From positions 1 to 64,000 of the forward strand of contig CADAKH010000002.1 in NCBI GenBank assembly GCA_902788505.1: DNA of 64,000 bases, in the 5' to 3' direction. This stretch comes from Oscillospiraceae bacterium. Its GTDB lineage: Bacteria; Bacillota; Clostridia; Saccharofermentanales; Saccharofermentanaceae. Shown here piece after piece: positions 1 to 8,689 of this stretch. The notes under the pieces were generated by a model, which saw nothing but the letters and a program-made list of their open reading frames with translations, made no database searches and had not been told where the DNA came from. How positions within the stretch are numbered: the stretch's first letter is position 1; the number at the start of each line of letters is the position of its first letter. The translations under genes were made by a program, and so were the position numbers.

Positions 1-214
1 TAGACACCTCCGTACACTAGATGGTTCTTTGAATATACTTATCCAAATAAGGTGTATACGATATTTTGTCCCGTGTCTACTTTTACGTTACCACTTCAAT
101 TTTGGCACAAAACAGATACAGTGGTCAGTGACATAACTATCTCGATGCATTTTCAGATGTCCGAAAACAATTGCTTTGCGGCTTCTGATAACACGTTTTT
201 CCGGGAGAGAAATC

Positions 215-1252
215 TCAGAACATTGACGGCGGGAATAATCTCGAAAGAGTCTTTATTGCCGTTGCAAAATTGCTCAGGTCGAAGAGGATCCCCGAGAACA
301 GGAATGACAGGATCAGATAGACCGGAAGGACCGAAGAGAAGATCCTAGACCTTGCGGTGCGCAAGGGGAGAAGGGTCATTACGGTTCCTACAACGAATGC
401 GAGCAATGTGACCAGCAGTGTGTAGAGTATCACGTGCAGCACACCGAAATCCGTACCTGAGATGAGGAAGCAGAATATCGATACGAGCATTGCGGGAAGC
501 GTGAATACCGATACCTGGATGAGTCCCAAATAGATCCTCTCGGCAATGCCGAAACGGAGATAGATTCTGTTGTCCTGATCGTTCAGGAATGCCAGAGCAC
601 CCAGAAGAGCTGCCGTGAAGATGAAGAAACCGGCAAATTTATAAAGCGGGATCGGGATCTTCTCGGTGTTGGTGATGGCGTTATAAACAGTGCCTTCAAC
701 GCTTTCCAGTGCGAAAAGATATTCTTCATCAATATTCTTGCCGAATATTCTCAGAAGCACCGGATCATGGGCATCTACCTCATAACCGTGCTGGGCAAAT
801 GTATCGGCGATAAGCTGGCGTGCCCCGTAAGCGTAAAAGCTTCCGAAGATCTCTTCCCTGGAAAGATATACAAAGCTCGATGCAGGTGTCAGCACCTGCT
901 TTACATCGTATTTTGTTCCCTGGCCGTCCAGATGTTCGGAGAAGCCCTTCGGGAAGATATAGGCCGTGTCTGCTTTGCCTGAAGCCAGATCTTGGTAGAT
1001 CTCGTCTTCATCATCGACTTCATAAAAGCGGAATATCGAATTCATCGTGCAAAGCTTGTCGACGATGTCTTCGGTATCGGATGAATTATCTTCATTTAAT
1101 ATCGCAACGGGGATATATACCGAAGTCTCTTTTTCGGGCACGAAGATGACAAGCAATGCCATGATCAGAAGCACTCCGCACATTACATACATTGCAGGGT
1201 TGATAAGGCTGCGCTTGGCGAGGACCGATAATCTGTTCAGGAATAACTTCAT
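215..1252 (-). CDS. ABC-2 type transporter permease. One N-terminal TM, a large extracytoplasmic domain, and a C-terminal bundle of about 5 TM helices.
   Basis: Translation shows the N-terminal TM helix, a roughly 170-aa soluble region, then 5 hydrophobic helices. It lies directly downstream of an ABC ATPase with a second similar permease, overlapping by 4 nt. Confidence 0.6.
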   Translation of the reverse strand: MKLFLNRLSVLAKRSLINPAMYVMCGVLLIMALLVIFVPEKETSVYIPVAILNEDNSSDTEDIVDKLCTMNSIFRFYEVDDEDEIYQDLASGKADTAYIFPKGFSEHLDGQGTKYDVKQVLTPASSFVYLSREEIFGSFYAYGARQLIADTFAQHGYEVDAHDPVLLRIFGKNIDEEYLFALESVEGTVYNAITNTEKIPIPLYKFAGFFIFTAALLGALAFLNDQDNRIYLRFGIAERIYLGLIQVSVFTLPAMLVSIFCFLISGTDFGVLHVILYTLLVTLLAFVVGTVMTLLPLRTARSRIFSSVLPVYLILSFLFSGILFDLSNFATAIKTLSRLFPPSMF

Positions 1253-2337
1253 AGGAACATCGACCTCATAAAGAACTGTATAAGATAGTAAAGCGGATTG
1301 AATACTGCGATCTTCTGGAAGAAGTGAGGCATGTAATCAAGCGGGATAAGTCCTCCTGCAAGATACATGAGGCTTGTTCCCGCACCGAATGTGATGTAGG
1401 AGACCGTTGAAGGGCTCTTAACGAGATAGCAAAGGCCGGTGCCTGCAAGACCCACGATGAGGATTACAGGGATGACTGTGATAAGCGATAAGATCTTCAT
1501 GGATTCGAAGATGAAGCAGAGGCATATGAAAACCAGGAGATAGATCAGATATATCATTGAAGATGCGCATACCGATTCAATAAGGAATAATTTCCAGGTC
1601 TTTATGCCCGAGAGCTTGGCGCGCGCCCTGAATATCTCGCTGTTGCCTTTGAAGAAGAAAGAGATTACAAATACCGACATTAAGATAATGTAGAGTGTGT
1701 AAGAAGAGGCAAGTCTTTCCCTTACAGCATATTTAGCGACAAGATCTTCAACATCGACCTTGTGAAACAGGGACTTGCGGTCCATTACATAGTTGAAGCT
1801 GTTGGTCATAACATCCGATTCCACAGCATAGGCTTCGGAAGTATCAAGACCCATCTCAAGCGCGTATTCACGGGCAGTGATTATCGAACACTGCGCCGTT
1901 CCCAAAAGGTCGCTCATCGCGTACAAAAGGTCGTTTACGAGATGTTCTTCGAACGTATCCGCATCACGGTAGATTATCTGGATCTGTCTGGCATCAGGTG
2001 TTCCCATCGTTTCGAAAAAGCCTTCGGGAACGATGATCCCGGCGATTGCCTCGCCTTCCTCAACGAGATCGACGACCTTTTTCTCGGTCCTGACCTGATT
2101 GATATCGACAGTGTATTTGACGCTGTCCATCTTCTCGACCAGGTTTATTCCCAAACGTGAGTAAGCTTCATCGTCCGGAACATAGCAGGCGATTGATACC
2201 ACGCTGTCTTTGTTGCTTTCGAAAAGGAATACTGATGCATATGCAACGAGAGCAAGCAGAGCAACCCCGAGTGCCAGAAAATAGCACACTACATAGGGAA
2301 GGAACAGCAATACTCTTTTGCAGTATGCCTTGATCAT
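1249..2337 (-). CDS. ABC-2 type transporter permease (second permease of the operon)
   Basis: Same architecture as 215..1252. Its stop overlaps the downstream gene and its start overlaps the ATPase gene stop (ATGA-type coupling). Confidence 0.6.
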   Translation of the reverse strand: MIKAYCKRVLLFLPYVVCYFLALGVALLALVAYASVFLFESNKDSVVSIACYVPDDEAYSRLGINLVEKMDSVKYTVDINQVRTEKKVVDLVEEGEAIAGIIVPEGFFETMGTPDARQIQIIYRDADTFEEHLVNDLLYAMSDLLGTAQCSIITAREYALEMGLDTSEAYAVESDVMTNSFNYVMDRKSLFHKVDVEDLVAKYAVRERLASSYTLYIILMSVFVISFFFKGNSEIFRARAKLSGIKTWKLFLIESVCASSMIYLIYLLVFICLCFIFESMKILSLITVIPVILIVGLAGTGLCYLVKSPSTVSYITFGAGTSLMYLAGGLIPLDYMPHFFQKIAVFNPLYYLIQFFMRSMFL

Positions 2338-2972
2338 TTAAGAGCCTCCGCAGGCGAGATGCCGGCAGGAAGAAGAGCCGACTCTCCATTCTTCAGCAGG
2401 TAGATCTTGGAGCAGTGCCTGAAGAGTTCCTCGTTGTGGCTTGCGATGAAGATCGTGCCGCCCTTGGCTCTGAATGAATCTATAAAATCGATGATATCGT
2501 TTTTTGCAGGAATATCGAGAGCTGCCAGAGGCTCATCCATGAGCAGGATATCCGGCTTGGATAAGAGGACGGAAGCGATCGCAAGACGCTTCTTCATGCC
2601 TCCCGACATACGCTTTACTTTTAAATCTATATAATCTGCTACCTTTAGAATTGAGAGCTCGGTTCCGGTCAGTTCCTTCATGATCTCCTGTTTGCTCAAA
2701 GGAGTCCACATCTTGAGGTTGTCCATCGCTGTAAGCTCATCGATCAGGGCATTCTCCTGGGTGACAAAGCCCGCTTTGCCGTTGACCTTTATCGTTCCTG
2801 ATGCGGGTTTTCTAAGGCCTGCAATGGCAGAAAGCAATGTGGACTTACCTGAACCGTTGAGACCGAGAAGGCCGACGGCTTCGCCTTTTCCGGCACTGAT
2901 GGTGACATTGGTCAATACGGTTTTCTTGTATTTTAAAGAGACGTTCTCTACTGAGACGACAGATTCGGACAT
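2334..2972 (-). CDS. ABC transporter ATP-binding protein
   Basis: Walker A GLNGSGKSTL, ABC signature LSGGMKKRLAIA, Walker B LLMDEPLAALD. Confidence 0.85.
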   Translation of the reverse strand: MSESVVSVENVSLKYKKTVLTNVTISAGKGEAVGLLGLNGSGKSTLLSAIAGLRKPASGTIKVNGKAGFVTQENALIDELTAMDNLKMWTPLSKQEIMKELTGTELSILKVADYIDLKVKRMSGGMKKRLAIASVLLSKPDILLMDEPLAALDIPAKNDIIDFIDSFRAKGGTIFIASHNEELFRHCSKIYLLKNGESALLPAGISPAEALK

Positions 2973-3065
2973 AAGATCAAAGCACTCCTTTTACAATAGG
3001 GTGATTATAGCACAGAAGGGAAAGAGGAATTCTCATGCCGGATACCATAAGACGGCAAGCGGCGT

Positions 3066-4889
3066 TCAGCTCATCTCTTTGATGTATGCTTCGAGATCCG
3101 ATCTGCCGATCGCAGCACCCAGATAAAGACCCTGGAATCTGTCGCATCCGCTGCCCGCAAGGATCTCAAACTGGTCTTCCTGGCCGACGCCCGTAGCCGT
3201 TACCGAGATATCGATGTCGTGCATCAGAGTGATCGCCGAACGTGTAAGGATCCTGACGGTCGCATCAGATGCGAGCTTGGATGTGAAGTTACCGTCGAGC
3301 TTCAGTACAGAGACAGGAAGCAAAGGAATGGCATTGAAAGACGAGTATCCTCTTCCGAAGTTATCGAGAGCCATCTTAACTCCTGTCGTGGCAAGTTCCT
3401 CGATTGTCATCCTGATATCAGACAGTGATGTGATAAGGCTCTCTTCCTGAAGGTCGAGAATAAGGTTATCGACATTGCACTCGGTATTGGAGACGATATT
3501 CGAGAAAGACTGGATGAAGTCGCTCTCTCTTAACTGATAGTTCGAGATATTGATGTTCATCGTAAGATTAGGATCGATCTTGTTGATGTCAGCAAGAGTA
3601 CCGAGAGAGCTCTCGAGAGAGAAGCTTCCGACACGGCGCATGTATCCTGCATTCTCTGCTGCTGCGAGAAATACCGGCGGAGGAATGATCTCACCGTTGT
3701 TATCGAATTTGAGAAATGCCTCAAAGCCTGTGAGCTTCCTGTCGTATGTAAAGCAGGGCTGGAAAGTTACGCGGAAGGAACCGTCGCTGATAGCCTGCTC
3801 GAAAATTGCGATGATCTCGTTCTTGGATTTGTTCCTGAAGATCTCTTCGCCAGGAACAGCCGGTGTCTCTTCGATGCTCTTTAATGTGCCGGCGGCAAGA
3901 CTCATGCGTTCTTCTGCCTTGGCTATGAGCTCTCCCGCATGACGTGAGTCAGAAGGGTAATGAGCAAAACCGTAGTGTATGCTCGCATTCATGGAATCGA
4001 TGCCTGCTGCAAAAGCTTTGGATGCCTCCCTGGCAAGCTTGTCTGCATATTTGGACTCGGCATCGGATGCGAGCGAACGCCTGAGAAGGATTACGAAGTC
4101 TGCATCGTCGATCCTTGCAACCATATCCGTGGGATCTGCCGCTTCACGGAGACGGTGGGCCATATTCTGAATGAAGAGGTCCATAGTCTTATGACCGATG
4201 GATCTTGTTATCATGTCAAAATGGTCGAGACCCAGATAAATGACAGTGAACGGGCGGCAGGCTTCATCAGGATTATCGCTCTCACGCATTGCGGCTATAT
4301 CTTCGATGATGAATTTATATGCACGTTCGGTGATCATGTCACGGCCCGGAAGTGTTGTAAGAGAGTCGATCGAGGAAGTGAGATTCCTGCCGATTGCTTC
4401 GGTCAGAGCCTGTTTGTTGCCCATAGTCTCATGGTTAACGATAAGACTTGTGCGGGCGAACATCTCATCTTCGAGTTCTTTCCTTATTGCCTTGCTGCGT
4501 TCATTACGCTTGGCAGCTTCAATTCCCTGTATCCTGTCAGCAATCTTGATGATGTAATACTGCAGGAGCATATCGATTACCATGGTAACAAGTGTCATTC
4601 CGAGCAGCACGGGAGCTGACTCGCTCTTCATGACGAGATATTCGTAGGTGTAGATCATGAACTGGACGAAGTTCAGGGCAAATGAGATATAGAAGCCGAA
4701 CTTGCCTTCAAAAACATTCATCAGGAAAGCCAGGAACATAAGTCCGATGCCGACGAAGATCCTCGTCATGGTTATTTCCGTGAATATCTGGATCGCAATG
4801 AAGCTGATAAAGAGAATAACGCTCACAAAAACAACGACCACATAAGCCGTGTCATTTTTGATGAATAATCTGTGTTCGTTGCTCCTCAT
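3066..4889 (-). CDS. Membrane-anchored GGDEF-like (degenerate) plus EAL-like domain protein, likely a c-di-GMP phosphodiesterase or sensor
   Basis: About 5 N-terminal TM helices. The GGDEF-type fold has the motif replaced (RIDDADF). The EAL-type domain shows QPCF..GFEAFLKF, DNFGRGYSSF and LKLDGNF. Confidence 0.65.
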   Translation of the reverse strand: MRSNEHRLFIKNDTAYVVVVFVSVILFISFIAIQIFTEITMTRIFVGIGLMFLAFLMNVFEGKFGFYISFALNFVQFMIYTYEYLVMKSESAPVLLGMTLVTMVIDMLLQYYIIKIADRIQGIEAAKRNERSKAIRKELEDEMFARTSLIVNHETMGNKQALTEAIGRNLTSSIDSLTTLPGRDMITERAYKFIIEDIAAMRESDNPDEACRPFTVIYLGLDHFDMITRSIGHKTMDLFIQNMAHRLREAADPTDMVARIDDADFVILLRRSLASDAESKYADKLAREASKAFAAGIDSMNASIHYGFAHYPSDSRHAGELIAKAEERMSLAAGTLKSIEETPAVPGEEIFRNKSKNEIIAIFEQAISDGSFRVTFQPCFTYDRKLTGFEAFLKFDNNGEIIPPPVFLAAAENAGYMRRVGSFSLESSLGTLADINKIDPNLTMNINISNYQLRESDFIQSFSNIVSNTECNVDNLILDLQEESLITSLSDIRMTIEELATTGVKMALDNFGRGYSSFNAIPLLPVSVLKLDGNFTSKLASDATVRILTRSAITLMHDIDISVTATGVGQEDQFEILAGSGCDRFQGLYLGAAIGRSDLEAYIKEMS

Positions 4890-5036
4890 ACGCCTTATTA
4901 TCTTATTTTTATGATGTGATTTGTGTTACACGCGTTTTAATTTAATATTAAATTATTGCGTTATTAAGGACTGAATGTGTCAGAATCCGTATTTCCCCAA
5001 AGATTTCATCATTATTTTATAATATTAAAAAACAAT

Positions 5037-5065
5037 TTGCTTTGATTTGTTTGCATGAGTATAAT
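5037..5065 (+). promoter_or_regulatory. Sigma-70-like promoter, TTGCTT-17nt-TATAAT, upstream of the ECF sigma factor gene
   Basis: TTGCTT at 5037-5042, a 17-nt spacer, and TATAAT at 5060-5065, in an AT-rich divergent intergenic region. Confidence 0.4.
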
Positions 5066-5134
5066 TTGAGTGCAACAAATCCGCCGCTTCGTCTGTATAT
5101 AGGGTGAAAGCGGTGAAGAAACTCAAGGGAATTG

Positions 5135-5806
5135 ATGGAATTAACATACGAAGCCAATCTACCGCTTTTAAGAAAGCTCGCAGTATTGCTGGCTGTTAAT
5201 GGTCTGAGTGATGACGTCCGTCCGGCCGCCAAAGTTGCTCTTACCAGAGACAAGGCATACGAGACTGAAGATGACGTACCGGTAACAGGTCCGTCGCGCA
5301 AGTCTGACGAGCAGATAGAAGAGGAAGCGGGAGAGATTCTGGACCTTCATGGCAATGCCATTCTGCGTCTTGCGCTCTCTTACCTTCACAACAAGGAGGA
5401 CGCGGAGGATATCCTGCAGGAGACGATGATCAAGTTCGTCACCGTAAGGCCTAACTTCGAGAATGAGACACATCGCAAAGCCTGGCTTATGAGAGTTGCT
5501 TCAAATCTTGCGAAAAACCGCATTGATTACAACAAAGTCCGCGACACGATGGAGCTCAACGAAGAGATCGCAGGCGAAGTGCAGGAAGATCTTGACAGCG
5601 GAGATGAGTATAAAGCCATCTGGGATGCCGTAAGGTGTCTGCCCGTCCACCAGCGTGAAGCAATCCACCTTTTCTATCAGGAAGGTTATCAGACCTCAGA
5701 AATCGCCCGTATCACAGGGCGACGCGAGGCAACGGTGCGCTCAGACTTAAAGCGCGCCCGCGACAAACTGAGAGAACTGCTGAAGGAGGCGGATGATTTT
5801 GAATAA
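5135..5806 (+). CDS. ECF-family RNA polymerase sigma factor (sigma-70 regions 2 and 4), with an unusual N-terminal extension of about 65 aa
   Basis: Region 2 (DAEDILQETMIKF) and region 4 (LPVHQREAIHLFYQEGYQTSEIARITGRREATVRSDLKRARDKLR) are present. The stop overlaps the next gene by 14 nt. The ATG at 5135 is preceded by AAGGGA. Confidence 0.8.
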   Translation: MELTYEANLPLLRKLAVLLAVNGLSDDVRPAAKVALTRDKAYETEDDVPVTGPSRKSDEQIEEEAGEILDLHGNAILRLALSYLHNKEDAEDILQETMIKFVTVRPNFENETHRKAWLMRVASNLAKNRIDYNKVRDTMELNEEIAGEVQEDLDSGDEYKAIWDAVRCLPVHQREAIHLFYQEGYQTSEIARITGRREATVRSDLKRARDKLRELLKEADDFE

Positions 5807-6755
5807 ATATAATGAAATCATGAACAACGTGTCTGTTGATCCTGAGATGAAGAGCAGGGTCATGAGTGCCGTATCTGCCGCCATCAGGGAACAGTCAGAC
5901 GGTGCCTCTGTTACGAAGATCCCGGTTCACGTTAACGGTAATTCAGATGATAAAACACCGGCAAGAAAAGCTGATGTTAAATCTTCTGAGACCAGAAAAA
6001 AGGCTAAGAAGACACCCATAGCACTTATTTCTTCGATCGCTGCAGCTGTGATTGTCATTGCAGGAGCAATCTTCGTTGTCAACTATATGAGAAGCGCAAC
6101 AAAGAATACTGCCGATATATCTATGCACAATCAGGAAGTTGATGCTGTCAGCGCTGAGATGGAAATTGCTTTGGAGACTACTGCTTCTGTAGAAGACGGT
6201 GTCAAGCACTATGCAGACAACAGCTTTGATTCATCAACTACGGCCGGAACCGGTTATCTCAGCATTACAAACACTGACGATTCGGAAAAGGGTGCAACCT
6301 ACACTGTTGATATCGGACATGACAAAGATAACCGTTCTGAAGAGGCTGATGAAAGCGAAGTAATGGGCGATGCACGTCTTGACGGTATCGCAAGAACACT
6401 TCCTTTTGATATCAAAGGTTCAGGTACCGGCAAATTCTCCGATACGATTACTGAAGAAGTGATCTTCGGTGTAAACGGTGAAAAGGTTCTGATCTACACG
6501 GCTCCTGAAGGAACGGAGATCATCAATACCGTATTCCACACGACTACCGGTGCCGGTATTGAGAGCACAACTCCTGCAGGAGTCCCTGCCAAGCTTTACC
6601 GTATTCCTTTCGGAAATGTTCCCGAGGTTGAAGGTCTTTCGGCTTCAACTGACATAAATGCTGCTGTCTTCACAAAAGAAGGCAAGACATATATGGTCGT
6701 ATTCTCAGATGCACAGCCTCAGGATGTTATCCTGAAAGTTGCTGATGCCGTATAA
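5793..6755 (+). CDS. Putative membrane anti-sigma factor (cytoplasmic N-terminus, single TM, extracytoplasmic domain)
   Basis: Translationally coupled to the ECF sigma gene. Layout is an N-terminal 70 aa, then a TM helix (IALISSIAAAVIVIAGAIFVV), then a 220-aa extracytoplasmic domain. Confidence 0.55.
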   Translation: MILNKYNEIMNNVSVDPEMKSRVMSAVSAAIREQSDGASVTKIPVHVNGNSDDKTPARKADVKSSETRKKAKKTPIALISSIAAAVIVIAGAIFVVNYMRSATKNTADISMHNQEVDAVSAEMEIALETTASVEDGVKHYADNSFDSSTTAGTGYLSITNTDDSEKGATYTVDIGHDKDNRSEEADESEVMGDARLDGIARTLPFDIKGSGTGKFSDTITEEVIFGVNGEKVLIYTAPEGTEIINTVFHTTTGAGIESTTPAGVPAKLYRIPFGNVPEVEGLSASTDINAAVFTKEGKTYMVVFSDAQPQDVILKVADAV

Positions 6756-6878
6756 ACTTAAAAGTTTTGAAGAAATCGGAATAAACCTATTAAATACCTT
6801 GCATAATTAAGAAATCCTTATGTTACAATGAGTTTATCATGTATATCGGGTTTTATGCCCGAGGAAAGGATACTTAAT

Positions 6879-7703
6879 ATGTTTTGTCCTAATTGCGGTA
6901 AAGAAAACCCCGATGGCGTAGCTTTCTGTGGCGGATGTGGCATGTCATTCGGAACTCCCGCAGCTCAGCCTGCAGCACAGCCGGTTGCTCAGCCCGCTCC
7001 TCAGCCTGCTCCGGCAGCAGCACCTGTTGCAGCAGCATCCACAGCACCTCAGCCTCAGGCAGCACCTGTAGCTCAGCCTCAGCCCCAGCCTCAGGCACAG
7101 CCCAAGCAGCCTTCTTCAATGCTTCCTTTCGGCCAGCATTTCAAGAACCTTATCCACGCTGCTATTCATCCTGTTACAGGTCCCGCTGAGATCGCTCCCC
7201 AGTATGACAAGATCGGAAACGCTCTTTTCATCGCAGGTATCGTAGTTGTTATCTGCTGGATGGTAGGTTTCATTACTTCCATGTCCGTAGACCTCATTCA
7301 CTATGCACAGTACGGAAGATACTGGTTCGACAATCTCGCTCTTGAGATCGTTAAGGACTTTTTCTTCCCGTTCATTTACTATGCAGTCCGTATTTTCGGA
7401 TGTGCAGGTGTATTCATGCTCGCAGGACTTATCCTCAAGGAAAAGTGGTCCTTCCCGAGACTTCTTGCCATCGCAGCTATGGCTACAGCACCTGCTTACA
7501 TCGTATCTGATTTCCTGGGCTCATTCGCAGGACTTATCCCTTACATCAGATTTGGTTCTATCTTCACGATCGCAGCTTATGCTTACTATCTCCTTATGCT
7601 CTTCGAGGGTATGAGCGCAGAGACAAAGCTTACAGGCAACAAGAAGGGCTTCGTTCTTGTAATCTGCGTAGCAGTTACAGGATTTATCGCAGGCTACTTC
7701 TGA
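6879..7703 (+). CDS. Zinc-ribbon domain protein with a Pro/Ala/Gln-rich linker and a C-terminal multi-TM (Yip1-like) domain
   Basis: N-terminal CPNCG..CGGCG zinc ribbon, an AQP-repeat linker, then 5 hydrophobic helices. RBS GGAAAGGA sits before the ATG at 6879; the ORF-track start at 6828 is likely too early. Confidence 0.6.
   Translation: MFCPNCGKENPDGVAFCGGCGMSFGTPAAQPAAQPVAQPAPQPAPAAAPVAAASTAPQPQAAPVAQPQPQPQAQPKQPSSMLPFGQHFKNLIHAAIHPVTGPAEIAPQYDKIGNALFIAGIVVVICWMVGFITSMSVDLIHYAQYGRYWFDNLALEIVKDFFFPFIYYAVRIFGCAGVFMLAGLILKEKWSFPRLLAIAAMATAPAYIVSDFLGSFAGLIPYIRFGSIFTIAAYAYYLLMLFEGMSAETKLTGNKKGFVLVICVAVTGFIAGYF
6950..7130 (+). repeat. Low-complexity coding repeat (CAGCC/GCAGC units) encoding (A/P)QP-type linker repeats
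   Basis: Encodes PAAQPAAQPVAQPAPQPAPAAAPVAA...PQPQPQAQPKQP. Confidence 0.5.
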
Positions 7704-7734
7704 TCCTTAAAAGCGGTACGGAAATGTTTTTTAT

Positions 7735-7768
7735 ACGGCGGAAGGCTTACGGCTTTCCGCCGTTTATA
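7735..7768 (+). terminator. Rho-independent terminator after the zinc-ribbon/Yip1-like gene
   Basis: Hairpin CGGCGGAAGGC-TTAC-GGCTTTCCGCCG followed by TTTAT. Confidence 0.5.
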
Positions 7769-7856
7769 ATAGTTGTCGCTATTGAAAATTATTTTTGATA
7801 TAATTTTTCCGGGCGCGGACTTTCCGTGCACATTTGGTAAAGGGTAGGGATAGATA

Positions 7857-8672
7857 ATGCCAGATGTACTTGCTGCACCGGTTTCTTTAAAGTGCAGAAT
7901 ATGTGGCGGAGACATAGTTAACAACTATCTTGCCGGCACTGCTCAGTGCGCCAATTGCGGGAACAGATGGAACATTGCGGACGTCATTCCCGATTACGGC
8001 AAGTATTCACGCATAATCGCAAACATCAACAAGGCTAACGACATTGTCGAGAGCGACTCCAAAGCTGCATCAGGCAATGAGGCAAGGCTTCTTTACAAGA
8101 CTGCCATCATGGACTGCGGAAAGTTCAATGACCCGGTCTCAGCCGACCTTATCAGGATCTGCGAGGAAGGACAGAAGAATGCTGAACTTCTCTCGATCTA
8201 CGCGAAGGGCAAAAGCTTCTATGAGAAGAAGTCTTACAGCAGCGCAGTGCATGAGCTCTCCAAGGTAAAAGGCTACAGAGATGCAGATGCGATGGTAGAG
8301 ATCTGCAAGGAAGAGATCGAGAAGGAGAGGAAGAAGCAGCTTCCGTGGGCTGTTGTTTTCAGCCTTATCATTCCTGCGGCAGTCGGACTGTTCTTAAGAG
8401 AAACGTTCAGCTGGCCATGGGCAGTCTGCATCATCATTTTCCTTCTTGGTTCTGCAGGACTTGGATTTGTCTTCTATAAGGGAGGAGTAGTGTCGATAAT
8501 CCTCAAGGTCGTATCGTTCCTTGTAGCGACACCATTGATCCTTTATTCGATACTCAAATATGCACTGCATATGCCTACCGTTCTCTCGGTGATAATCGCG
8601 ATAGTAGGCCCCATAGTGTTGTTTATCCTGTTTGCGTCATTTACTGAACAAATAACGAAGAAGAATAAATAG
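7857..8672 (+). CDS. Zinc-ribbon (CxxC..CxxC) protein with an alpha-helical middle region and C-terminal TM helices; function unknown
   Basis: N-terminal CRICGG..CANCGN, then 4 C-terminal TM helices. An extended -10 promoter (TGATATAAT, 7796-7804) lies upstream. Confidence 0.55.
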   Translation: MPDVLAAPVSLKCRICGGDIVNNYLAGTAQCANCGNRWNIADVIPDYGKYSRIIANINKANDIVESDSKAASGNEARLLYKTAIMDCGKFNDPVSADLIRICEEGQKNAELLSIYAKGKSFYEKKSYSSAVHELSKVKGYRDADAMVEICKEEIEKERKKQLPWAVVFSLIIPAAVGLFLRETFSWPWAVCIIIFLLGSAGLGFVFYKGGVVSIILKVVSFLVATPLILYSILKYALHMPTVLSVIIAIVGPIVLFILFASFTEQITKKNK

Positions 8673-8689
8673 AAAGGGAGATTAAAGAA

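Noticed and set aside
52-348. 98-aa + strand ORF at the window start
   Set aside because: It overlaps, antisense, the 3' end of the ABC permease gene. It has no RBS and a non-protein-like composition, so it is a likely spurious frame.
3960-4619. 219-aa + strand ORF antisense to the GGDEF-EAL gene
   Set aside because: It lies entirely within a stronger, motif-bearing ORF on the opposite strand.
6950-7130. Regularly spaced short repeats (CAGCC...) that could be mistaken for a CRISPR-like array
   Set aside because: Units are only 9-15 nt and sit in-frame inside a CDS, encoding an AQP-type linker. There are no CRISPR-length repeats or spacers and no cas genes.
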